The notes under the pieces were generated by a model, which searched no databases, was not told where the DNA came from, and was given only the letters and a program-made list of their open reading frames with translations. Position numbers and translations under genes: made by a program. A DNA stretch of 64,000 bases from Gnetum montanum (lineage: Eukaryota; Plantae; Gnetophyta). The stretch lies in NCBI GenBank assembly GCA_015680685.1, contig MNCI01003377.1:547604-611603 (forward strand), read 5' to 3'. Of this stretch, positions 52,255 to 64,000 are shown one piece after another. The first letter of the stretch is position 1. Each line of letters begins with the position of its first letter.

Positions 52255-55192
52255 ATAGGTATATAGCTAGATAGCCTATTAGCAAAGAGATGATAGAGAA
52301 GTTTTGCAAGTTGGACCCTCCTACATTCTTTGGTACAAAGAATCTCACTGCAATGATAAAGTGGCTTGAGGATCTCGAGAAGACATTTGACTTGATGGGA
52401 TTCACCTTAACTTAATAGACTAGATTAGCAGTATATTAGCTAATAAACACTATAGGACATTGATGAAGTTCTAAAGATCAGGCTAAGATATGGATAGGAT
52501 AGAAGGATATGCAGGTAGATTGATTGGTTTCCTTTAGTTGTAGATTATTTCTATATGGTATGCCAAATCTAGGGTGAAAGAGTTGTATATATTATATTAG
52601 GATAGTTGGCCTACGATAGAGTATGATGTCTAGTTAGTAGAGCTTAGTAGCTATGTGACCAAGTTGATAAATGGTCATGATAGGCCAAATAGATTTCTTA
52701 AAGAACTTTCCCTAGAATTAAAGCATTATATTCTATTACTTCATCTTATTTTCTATGATGATGCATGTTAAGTGACCATGGATTTGAAGAGGAGTTTGAT
52801 TAAGAATGATATTTGATGAGAATGGAGGTAGGAATAGAGGAGAGGACCACTACTTGAAGGAATACCTAGTCTCACCAAGTAGGCTTGAGAAGGATGTGAT
52901 GGTGATGGATATGATTATGGAAGGCTATAACCAATAGCTAGCAATGATGCTCCTTCCACTAGATATGGAGTTTGTATAGTTTGTTATAGATTTGGATAAT
53001 TAGGGCATGTTTAGGAAAATTTCTCCAATTGATATTCTTATGGTTAGCAAGGATATTGGTCTAGGGAGTACCCAAAGTAGATAGTAGATGATGGTAAAGG
53101 TAGAGGTTGAGGATAGGAAAATCCAACAACTAGTGGACATGGAGCTCATAGTAGACAGCTTGATGGAGTAGGATAGAAAACCCATGATTAGGTATATGTT
53201 CTAACAGATCAGCCATTAGACATGTAGTCCAAAAATATTATAAAGTCATGAGGTATTATCTTAAATCTTCTTGTATATTTTTATTTGAACTTGGTACTAC
53301 CATTCTTTTGTAGAGCTTAGAGTTATATCACAAGTAGCTCTTCCATGTTGCATTCTTCTTTCAAGGGTATTAGTGTATTTCACTAGGGGTCATGAGACTT
53401 AGATAGATTTTCGTATGATGGATCTTGATGAGTATAATATCATTTTAGGCATAGATTGACTATTACAATTCAATGCTAGTTTGGATTGTTAGTAGAATCT
53501 CTTGAGATTACACATAGTTGATGGCGATTAGGTAGATATTTACACCCATACTAGATCAATCCATTTAAATTTCATAACATTTAGAATGTTTCAATGGATG
53601 CTTTAGAAGAGGCATAGTTACTGCATGACATCAATATATTATTCAAAGATAGTGAAGTTGGCTTAGATTCTAGGCACATGAGTTTCTAGATGTATTATAT
53701 ACTAATTTGTCTATTTTTGTCACCTAGGTAGAAGGTAGATTTTGAGATTATGCCACAACCTACAAGAAAATCTATGTTAATGCATTCAAATAGAATTTAT
53801 TTGATGAAGTTGATAGGGTTGAAAATTTACTTACAAGATTTGATTAATAAAGGCCTAATTCAGCATGGTGTTTCTCCTTAAAATGCTTCAATGATGTTCA
53901 TGTGAAATTAGGATGGACTCACATAATTTTAGATTGATTATAAGCATCTTAATTAGGTGATATTGAAGAATAAATATCATCTTCTATGTATTAGGTGAAG
54001 ATTGATATCATGTTTAACTATCATCAAGTGCAAGCCAAAGAGCAAGATGTGTTGAAGACAACATTCAGGATTTGATATGGTCATTATGAGTTCTTGATCC
54101 TTCTATTTGCATTGAAAAATTATCTAGTGGTATTTATGCATTTGATGAATAATGTGTTGTGATTTTTCTTGATTAGTTTGTGATAGTATTTATTAATAAT
54201 ATTTTGGTATATGTTCCAAATGACCAAAAGCATGTAGAGCACTTATGAACTATGTTACGAATCTTATGGTACTATTAGTTATATGCACAACCATTTAATT
54301 GTTTTATTTGGTAGTTAGAAATTTAGTTCTTAGGTCATGTTGTTTCTAGGATAGGTTTTATAGTAGATTTAGCCAAGATTATATTAGTTTAGAATTGGCT
54401 AGTTTTGTAAATAGTAGTAGAGATCCATAGTTTCTTGGAGTTGGTTGGATACTACCATAAATTTGTAGAGTACTTTTTCCACATAGATTCTTCTTTGACT
54501 CTATTGTTAAGGAAAGAGACTAGTTTTATATGAAATGCAACTTATTAGAAAACATTTGATGATTTGAAGCATAGATTTATGTTTGCTCTAGTATTGATTT
54601 CTTCCATACTAGGTCATTTGTATGATGTATGTACAAATACCTTAAGTGAAAGATTTGAGTATATTCTAATATAACATGAATATGTAGTAGTGTATGCTTC
54701 CTACTAGTTAAGGCTACATGAGACTCATTATCTAGTTCATAATCATGAGTTAGGCACAATAGTCTTTACTTTGATGTTTTAGTAACATTATCATTATGGT
54801 GAATAGGTGACTATATGTACTAATCATAAGGATCTCTAGTATCTTATGAGTCAAGCATAGTTGACATTGTGATAGAGGAGATGGGTAGAGCTTCTTTCAA
54901 ACTTTGAATTTACCATCTAGTATAGGTTTGGTAGGACTAATCAAGTGGCAAATACAGTAAGTAGAGTTTCTAGTAGACTCAATAGTTGTTCATCTAATCA
55001 AACTTTCACAAAAGCTTACATAAGCAATAATAATAAGATTCTTGGTGTAAAGAGTTGTAGTAGCAAATGACAAAATATGGATTAGTTATCTTAGATAGTT
55101 AGGGTGTACTTTAGAGGGATAACCAAATATGTGTTCTAGTTATGCTTCATTCTTAGTTATAGGACGAGGTACTTATGAGAAAATATCATATG
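52255..55192 (+). mobile_element. Heavily decayed gag-pol of a Tekay/chromovirus-like gypsy element
   Basis: IEKFCKLDPPTFFGTKNLTAMIKWLEDLEKTF (gag), knuckle remnant ~52965, KTTFRI*YGHYEF (RT), SHNHELGTIVF (RH). Dense premature stops; cut at 55193 by another insertion. Confidence 0.85.
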
Positions 55193-56749
55193 TGATGAGC
55201 GGCGAGGTACCCCTACACTCAACCATACAAATATGAGTGTTTCATGCACGATTCGGTCGAATTCTAAGGACTAAGTGCCTATGCACCTATGTGGAACAAT
55301 AACGGGTTGATTAATCGTTGTCTTCCCAAACATACTTGTATGTCACGGTTGTATGGTTAAGTAAGCTTGAGGCATATAATTTTCATGGCTTTTATGTGTT
55401 TTATATCCTGTGCTAATAAGGAGGAGAGAGAATAATAACTAAGTAACTAATTTAATTTAGCTATTCATTAACTAAGTTCTAAGTACTCCTAACACTAGTA
55501 TCCGTTCCCACTTACCGTACACATCTTGAACCAGTGCAATGCTGCTGGGGTTACCAAACGCTAATCGTTATTGGGTTACCAAGCGCTACACGCATGCTTG
55601 AAGCGGTTGTACTGAGTGTATTTAACTAAGAGTGTTTTAGGGTGAGAGAAATCATTAATTAACTATGAAAGCATTAAATAATAATTAACACTAATTAATC
55701 TATTATGTATGTTGCAAGGTTTATCATAAAGTTCATCTTGATTACCGTACACAAAGTGTGCTTAGGTACACAATGCTTGAATAAAGATCCGTTCACTCTA
55801 TGACTCCTACTGTGGGCACGCAAAAATAATTCTAACTCTGGAGGGAGAAAATGACAAGAGTTTGGCTAAGGGACTAACTTCTAACTGTGGAAACCAAGGG
55901 AATTGCCTCTTATTTATAAACAAGGAGACGAGACGTGATATCTGATATTTGACATTGCATGGTAGATCCAATATCACAGACGCGATATCGCGTACACGAT
56001 ATCATGGTTCATGATACCCCCATGACTGAATGAAAACTCATCCTTGAGTTCCTTAAAAAATATTGGAAAGGTATGGGATTATTAACTGAATGACCATTGA
56101 TGGTGGAATGGGTTGACTGACTCAACGTGCCCAGTGAACGGATCAACAATACAATACATGACAGCATTAGTGTTCATAACCACAAAAGTGAACACTATAC
56201 ATAAATGACATTAAGCCTTATTTGGTAGTTGGAAAAGAAGGAGAGAGAGAAAGAATAAGACATGCAGCTGCCAATGCAAATATTGCGCCTTGTGTTGTTT
56301 GTCCATAGCCATGCTTCCAATCTTGCTCCTTTCGCAAATGTTCTAGTTCTAGTCCATCCTGAGTGTTTCCTCCAGGGCCATTCCATTATTGTATGATCGC
56401 CATCTGCACATACAACATAGTCACAAACGAGTGAGGATAGATAAATCACAATGTAGTTGATACCTTGCCTTGATGTGAGGTGCATTGGTTGAGTTGTGGT
56501 TATGGTAGATACTGGTTTTGGAGTTTTAACACTGGTGACTACCTAAGGTGTAGGGGTTAGAAAAAATTAAAAAATTTGTGCTCGGGCCCCCATGACGAAG
56601 AGCAAACCTTCGGTAGTGATAGGGTGGAAAAAGATAAGGAGTAAGAAAGGTGGAGAAAAAGTAACAATGGAAATGCCAATAAATAAGAAAGGTGGATGTC
56701 ATAGATGGGTATGAAACAAAAAGTTGTTGATTACAGAAAATGTTTAAGG

Positions 56750-57279
56750 NNNNNNNNNNNNNNNNNNNNNNNNNNNNNNNNNNNNNNNNNNNNNNNNNNN
56801 NNNNNNNNNNNNNNNNNNNNNNNNNNNNNNNNNNNNNNNNNNNNNNNNNNNNNNNNNNNNNNNNNNNNNNNNNNNNNNNNNNNNNNNNNNNNNNNNNNNN
56901 NNNNNNNNNNNNNNNNNNNNNNNNNNNNNNNNNNNNNNNNNNNNNNNNNNNNNNNNNNNNNNNNNNNNNNNNNNNNNNNNNNNNNNNNNNNNNNNNNNNN
57001 NNNNNNNNNNNNNNNNNNNNNNNNNNNNNNNNNNNNNNNNNNNNNNNNNNNNNNNNNNNNNNNNNNNNNNNNNNNNNNNNNNNNNNNNNNNNNNNNNNNN
57101 NNNNNNNNNNNNNNNNNNNNNNNNNNNNNNNNNNNNNNNNNNNNNNNNNNNNNNNNNNNNNNNNNNNNNNNNNNNNNNNNNNNNNNNNNNNNNNNNNNNN
57201 NNNNNNNNNNNNNNNNNNNNNNNNNNNNNNNNNNNNNNNNNNNNNNNNNNNNNNNNNNNNNNNNNNNNNNNNNNNNNNN
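56750..57279. other. Assembly gap (Ns)
   Basis: Run of N. Confidence 0.99.
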
Positions 57280-57749
57280 CATCCTTTGAGTCCTTTCTCA
57301 GTTTGAGAAATACCCAGCCACCAATTCATTAATAGTTTTATTAGAGGAAGGAACTGTACAGTTCCAAGCCAAGAAAAACCATAGGATTGTATGGATGCAT
57401 GAACTATGTGGACTCATTGCCTGTTAATCAAAAGAACCATACCCTAATTATCAACATCATACTTCAAAGGTAAAATCCAAACATTAGTAATCAATATGAT
57501 ATTATTCATACCACCATCATAAACACTTATTGGGTGACGAACAAAATGAAGTAATCACACAAAGAAATGGTAAAAATATGAACGATGGTATAAAAAAAAA
57601 ACAAGAAGATTAAAGAAATGTGCAAAACAAAAATGTGTAAAACAAAAATATGTAAAATAAAAATATGTAAAAAAAATGTGTAAAACAAAAATAGGTTAAA
57701 CAAAAATGTGTAAAAAAAATTTAGAAAGAATTGAAGGCCTTTAATGATT

Positions 57750-60700
57750 AGCAAGGATGGCCATCTCCCCCATGATTGAATGGGAAAGAGGAGATCCAAA
57801 ATAACGAGCAAGGTTACCCACTTATAGAGGTAGCATATGTTCTGGTTGACCTAAACTCATGGAAAGGTTTTGTTTGTTGCACATTGATTAACAGTCTCTT
57901 ATCTAGGCTCTCAGGTTTATATATGGTCATGGCTTCTAAAGGAAAAGTTGCATAGATAATATAAGTTCCTTCCCACAATGTTTGAAATTTGGTACGCTGT
58001 GACACATGTGTGGGATTCTAGTAGAGAACCTTATCTCCTGGCTAGTACTTAACTCTCCTAATTTTTTGGTCATGACATTGTTTATTAAATGCCTTGTGTA
58101 ACTCATTAGATGATAGGGTAGCTAGTCGGTTCTCATCTAGCAAGTTAAGAGTCATCAACCTTTGTTTTTGTGCTAGATCAAGGTCAAGGTTGAGGTCACA
58201 TGTCGTGGTTAGCATACGAAGCTCAGTTTGGATAGGAAGCATTGGAAGTTTTTCATACACTAACTTGTAGGGAGAGTAGCCTATAGGGAGTTTCCATGTG
58301 GAGTGATATGCCCAAAGAGAATCATTCAGTTTAGTGCTCCAGTCTCACCTATATTTGCTAATAGTTCTGGTCAATATCTTAGTAATCTCCCTGTTGGTGA
58401 CCTTGGCTTGACCGTTTGCTTGGGGGGTGGTATGGTGTAGTCAATTTGTGCTCAACCCCTAAGCATTGCATTAACTTCTGAAAAGTTGCACCTGTAAAGT
58501 ATGTACCATTATCTGAGATAAGTGCACGTGGCACACCAAACCTGTTGAGGACTTATTGTTAGACAAATCGTGCAGAAGTAGATGAGGTGCAATCTTTAAC
58601 TGCTATTGCTTTAACCCATTTTGTTAAGTAGTCTATGGAAATTAAAATGTATGCTTTTCCATTGGACATTGGTGTAATGGGCCCCATGAAATCAATTCCC
58701 CAAATGTCAAAGGATTCTAATGGTTGAATTCATTGTTGCGGACCCTCCATTCTAGCAGTCATTCCCCCATCACGTTGACAACACTCACAAGATTGGACGA
58801 ATTGATGGGTGTCCCAGAATAAGGTAGGCCAATAGTACCTTGCAAGTAGGATCTTAATGGCTATCGTCTCCCAGCATAATGACCCCCCACAAGGGCCCTC
58901 ATGAGCATCTTGAAGAACTCTCAGTTGATCTCTATCGGGAACACACCATTGAACCAAGCCATCGAGACATACTTTGTAAAGTTTTCCATTTATTTCTATA
59001 AAGTACTTGGCTCTGTGAAGAAACTATTGTTTCTTCTTAAGGTCTAACTCTTATGGTGTTTTTTGGGTAAAGAGATAGGTAAGAATGCTACTGTATTAAT
59101 TTGTCTCTGTGGGTGATTAATTATTCACTACACAAAGAGGAACTCATTAGGGAAGTGATCAGAAATAGGATACTTGTCCTCTTTGATGTCCCAATGCAAC
59201 TAAGATAAATGATCGGCAATTATGTTCTCGGTGCCTTTACGATCAATGATTGTTAGATTGAACTCTTGTAGAATTACCAGCCATTGTATAATATGGGGGC
59301 TTACCATTGGCTTACTCATGAGGAACCAGATGGCACTATGATTTGTGTGTATGAATACTTTATATCCCAATACATAGTGCCTAAATTTTTCTAGTGCAAA
59401 CACTACAACCATTAATTCTTTTTCTGAAGTCGTATAGTTAAGTTGTGCACCAATTATACTTCTACTTGCACAGTGGATGTAATAAGGACATTTTTGATCA
59501 CCTAACTATGTAAATATGGCCCCTAAGGCATAATTGGACGCATCAATCATGACATGGAATAGCCTATTCCAATCAGGAGCTTGTAGAATGGGTGTTTCTA
59601 CTAGCTTTTTCTTCAAAGTTTGGAAAGCTAGTTTGCATTCCCTGGTCCACTCAAAGGGTACGTCCTTTTTCATTAGCTCCACCAATGGTTTGGAAATATT
59701 TGAGAAGTTCTCTATGAATCTCCTATAGTAACCAGTGTGTCCAAAGAATGACCGAATGTCTTTGACAGTTTCTAGTTGATGGGTAATTCCTTGGATGACG
59801 TTGATTTTCTCAGGGTCTACCTCTATCCTTGCATGTGAAATTTTATGCCTAAGTACTACACCTTCTTGGATCATTAAATGGATTTTTTGCTAGTTGATCC
59901 TTAGATTAGTCTCTACACATCTTTTCAGCACTTTCTCTAACTGGTCCAAGGCATGATCAAAACTTGCTCCGTAAGTGGAGAAGTCATCCATAAAGACTTC
60001 CACACCATTTCCTATTTGCTACCCGAATATGCTTAGAACTAAGTGTTAAAATGTGGTAGGGGCATTGCACAAGCCAAACGACATTTGTCTATATGCAAAT
60101 GTTCCCCAAGGACTAGTGAACATAGTCTTGGCTTGGTCTTCAGGGGCTATTTGTATTTGGTTATATTCGCCGTAGCCATCCAAAAAACTATAATAGCAAT
60201 GCCCTGCATTGTTTTTAAGATGTGGTCAAAAAATGGAAATGGAAAGTAATCCTTGAATGTTGCCATGTTTAGCAGCCTAAAATCTATGCACACCCTCCAT
60301 TTGCCTTCCTTTTTAGGCACGATTACTAAAGGGCTAACCCATTCACTATCAGCAATGGGGTATATGAACCTAGCCTTTAGAAGCTGTTTGATTTCTTCTT
60401 TTACTACTTGCTTCAACTTTGGGCTCAATCGCCTCTATGGTTGTTTTTGAGGCTTCATGGAGGAGGCAGTGTAAATACTATGCTGGCATATCCTAGGATC
60501 TATTCTAGTTAATTCTAGATATGACCAGGCGAAGGCTTTTGATCACTTTTTTATTACCTTGAGTAGACTTTCTTTTTGTTGCAAAGCAAGTCATGCATTG
60601 ATGATTTTCGATTTTCCATTCTTAAGAAATGTGTATTCCATACCGGTGAGCAATGGTTTTAGCTCTAGGGGCTCTTGTTTAAATTTCTTGGGAATTTCCA

Positions 60701-63600
60701 ACTTCCCCTAGTTGATGTTTTCTAAGTTAGGACTAGGAAGCTAGCGATGGACTTGCTCTAATGCATCAATGCTATCTATATAAGCACAAGTAAAACCCTC
60801 AGTTGGTTCCATATATATAAGTGAGCTGCTTTCTTGATCAACTATCTGCCACTGGGTGTCTTCTTGTCATGTGGCTACTGCATACAGGCACCTTTATATG
60901 TTGATCATTTGCACACACTGATTGCATGCAGGCAATGCTAAAATTTGCACAACCCATGATCTCTGCACGCAATTGCACCCTGTGTCACTGTATGCGATGC
61001 ATGGAACCTTCTTGTTTTTGATGTTTCCAAAATTTTTTTCCTTGGATATTTCTAGGGAAAGATCATGGATACCTAGGTGTGCATCGATAGTGCTTAGCCA
61101 TGCCCTTCCCATTATGATTGGAAAGTCCCCCTTACTGTTATTTACTTGGATCACCAGGAAGTCAGCTGGATATGACCACCTATAAACAATGGTAACAATG
61201 TTCTCCACTAATCCCAAGGGGAAAATGATGGATTGGTCAGCTAACTCTAAATGGAAATTACTCTTTTTCAATGGGGGCAGGTTCTAGGCCTTATACATTT
61301 CTTGGGATATTAGGTTGACATCGAAACCTGAATCCAAAAGAGCTTTGCATGACTCATTCCTAGTGATTTGTAGATAGATTAGGGGACTCGCAAGATCAGA
61401 GAATTTCCTAGGAAGGTGGCCAAATTTGATCCAATCAGTAATGACATGTGTTAACATGACCGTATGCATTGAATGCGGTGTTAAGTTCGAAGGGGGCTCC
61501 GAAGCTTTAGTTGATACAGAGGAGTCCAAAGACTCAGCCACTTGAGGTTGCAAAGGCTTGGTTGGACTGTTGGTTCTGAAGAAAGATATTTTCTTTGTAT
61601 GATTATTAGAACCAACAGTAGGTTGAGGATTAACAGCCCTTGTGGTCTTGCATTGCTGTGGTTGAGTAGGGAGTTCACCTTGCATTGTTGGAGCAGGTGG
61701 TAATGGAGCTATTGGTGGGAGAGATGTGGTCGGATTGGAAGGATGGTATACTTGTGGAATGTTGCCCCTAGGAGAGAGAGCCATATAGTACTAATGAGCT
61801 TGGTAGTAATGTTGGGGAGTAATGTGACCAACAGAGTCAAGTGGAGAGATCAGATGTTGCACGTAATATCCATATGGGTCTGGTTACCAGTAAGGATATT
61901 GTTGCCTTGGTGGTGGCATTCCCCATGATTGTGGGTGTTGCCAATATTGATGTTGCTTGATTGGTTGTGGTGGAGTTCCATTTGGATAATACGTTAAAGG
62001 TTGGTGAAATTTCCTTGGGTTACCTTGGGGATAAGGTAATCGTCATGATGTTTGTCATTTGGTTAAACGTGGATTAAGTGCATACACCCTAGACTCTTGT
62101 AAATGTGAGATTACAGGGCAACATCCCTTAGGATGCTCGTATTGATAGATCTCACATCCACTATCATTGTCCATATTTGAGTCCACAACCTCTTCAATAA
62201 TAGCAACTTTACCCTTACCCTTGTTACGTGCATTTTCTGCTTCTCTCTTTTTCCTTTTGTCACGGTCACTACCTCACTCCCTAGACTCCTCTACTACTTT
62301 GAGCACAGTTTGAAACCTACTATCTAGGGAGTCCCAAATTTGTTCTACCTTTGTTGATAGTTTGGATGCTAAATTTTGAATAGGCAAGGTTTTCCTATTC
62401 ACCATCTCTTCGAGTGGTGACTCTTCCTCATCCTCACAAAATCTTACTCCCTTCTTTCAGAGGGAAGGATCTCAGTTGTATTCTTTCGCACTCTCTCTTT
62501 TTCATAGCTCCCCTTCTTCTTTAGCTACTTGGTCCAATAGTTTGTGAATTTTATGGGACCTAAGCTCAAATAACCTTCCTTGGGCATAAGTCCCAAGGGT
62601 CCTTCTTGTTTCATGCCTAAGCCCATCTACGAGATGGTGTAGTTGATCTCGCTGCGAATAACCATGGCTAGGACAACGATGTAAGAGTGCATAATATCAG
62701 CCCATGGCAGCATCCAAGGGTTCATGATTTCCTTGTTTCCATCCTTGGATTTGCTTTCATAGGTTAGATACCTGGGAGTACGTTTGGTACTTATCGTTGA
62801 ACAGTTCTAACATCGTACTCCACCTATGAATGGATTCCAGTTCTAAGGACCGGTACCAGCTTTCAGCTTCTTTTATTAGTGTTCATTGGGAACAACTTAA
62901 GCTTTTTCCACTTATTTTCTATGTTTTGCAAGGCACACACATCATGAAATGCTTGTAAATGATTTTGAGGATCAACGTTATATCCCCCTTCAAGTCGTGG
63001 GATGTTATTCATGTCTAGCCTCTTGATCCTACTATCTTTTTGGTGCCTTGTTGGAACTCTCACGACCTCAGTTATATCTAGCATGCTTCATGTGCAAGTA
63101 GGGATTCATCATGATGATATTGTTTATAGCGTCTATGGTGTCTATGCTGTTCCCTACTCTCCCTTCTTCTATGGTGTGATTTCCTAGAGTGTCCTCGTCC
63201 TTTGTCTTGGTTGTCTCATCTATGACTTCCACTTTGTTTGCCCTTATCCACACAATTTGTTTCTCTATGACTACGTCTAGACATGGAAGGAGAGGGTGAA
63301 GGAGATGATGGGGATGAAGAAGAAGGAGAACCACCATCATGATGATGTCTACTACCTTCTCTTTGGTGGTCTCTCCCTCGATCGCGATTGCAATTTGAAT
63401 GCCCACCTTTGTCATGTGCCCTTGTTCCTTTTTCAGACTCTTTGTGTCTGTTGGTATTAGCACTTGGGTTGTGAATAGTAGAATGAAGGTTCTAATACAC
63501 AACCCCTTGGCCAAAGTTATGGAGAGAAACATTGTTATGTGGTTTCACAACCCTCAATTTCACTTAAAATGTGTGGGGCATCCTTAGACCATTTTTCCTT
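57750..63600 (-). pseudogene. gag-pol of the right-hand Athila-like element (disrupted)
   Basis: Collinear with 45497-51300; multiple stops and frameshifts. Confidence 0.9.
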
Positions 63601-64000
63601 TAAGGAATTATGGTGTCTCTCCTATTGCATGTCCCTTTGACATTGCACTTTGGTGGGATGATAGTCTCTTGAATCATAGTCTTGCGCAATGTATACTACA
63701 TGTAAGTGTTGCATGCCTTTCATGTGAGAGCATGAAGAAGCATACTTGGGACTGAATGGTCGGGAGGTAACACTATGTTACCTTCCAAGTCACGCCAACA
63801 TAGCTGTTCGTCTTGGTGGAGAATAAAGGTGAAGTCAAGTACATATTCATCAGGGTGAATATATACCACACAAAACTGTTGAGGAACTAGAGGATCAATG
63901 TCACGTGTAACTTGCTATCGATTGCTTCTTGTGTTAGTCCTAGGTGGTGAAGTGCTTTTGTGCGAAGAAGAAGACATTTTGTCTTGTTCAGTGTGCAATG

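Larger units (their letters stand above)
55193..64000 (-). mobile_element. Athila-like gypsy element continuing beyond the window; 3' LTR 55193-56014
   Basis: LTR starts tgatgagcggcgaggtacccc; PPT tacccccatg at 56015. INT/RH/RT/PR/gag fragments span 57750-63600 (WRVCIDFR, FFGHTGYYRRFI, ALLDSG). Confidence 0.93.

Noticed and set aside
56526-57329. Long ORFs across the gap
   Set aside because: They are open only because of Ns.

Overview
AT-rich, repeat-dense land-plant nuclear DNA. It holds one clear host gene: a + strand, spliced leucine-rich-repeat gene (six well-supported exons, 23109-28252). It matches Arabidopsis AT4G23840/CERES as I recall it, including a C-terminal canonical eIF4E-binding motif (YSRSELL). 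Its start codon is probably in a distant upstream exon; the best candidate is 9061-9113 in a CpG-rich promoter-like island, implying a ~14 kb first intron. The rest is transposon-derived. There are five Athila-like Ty3/gypsy elements or fragments, including a pol-less gag-only copy with ATAGT TSD (10148-16104), a near full-length copy with ATAGG TSD and a long extra 3' ORF (39471-52254), and a copy running off the right end. The last two are nested in an older, heavily decayed Tekay-like gypsy element. Also present are a SIRE-like copia, L1- and RTE-type LINE remnants, SINE-like repeats, a long (AG)n tract and assembly gaps. The most notable non-standard signals are a conserved unnamed C-terminal domain in the Athila extra ORF, shared by three diverged copies, and an internal U3-like promoter plus leader intron upstream of that ORF. 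All family assignments are from motif recognition by eye; no searches were run.
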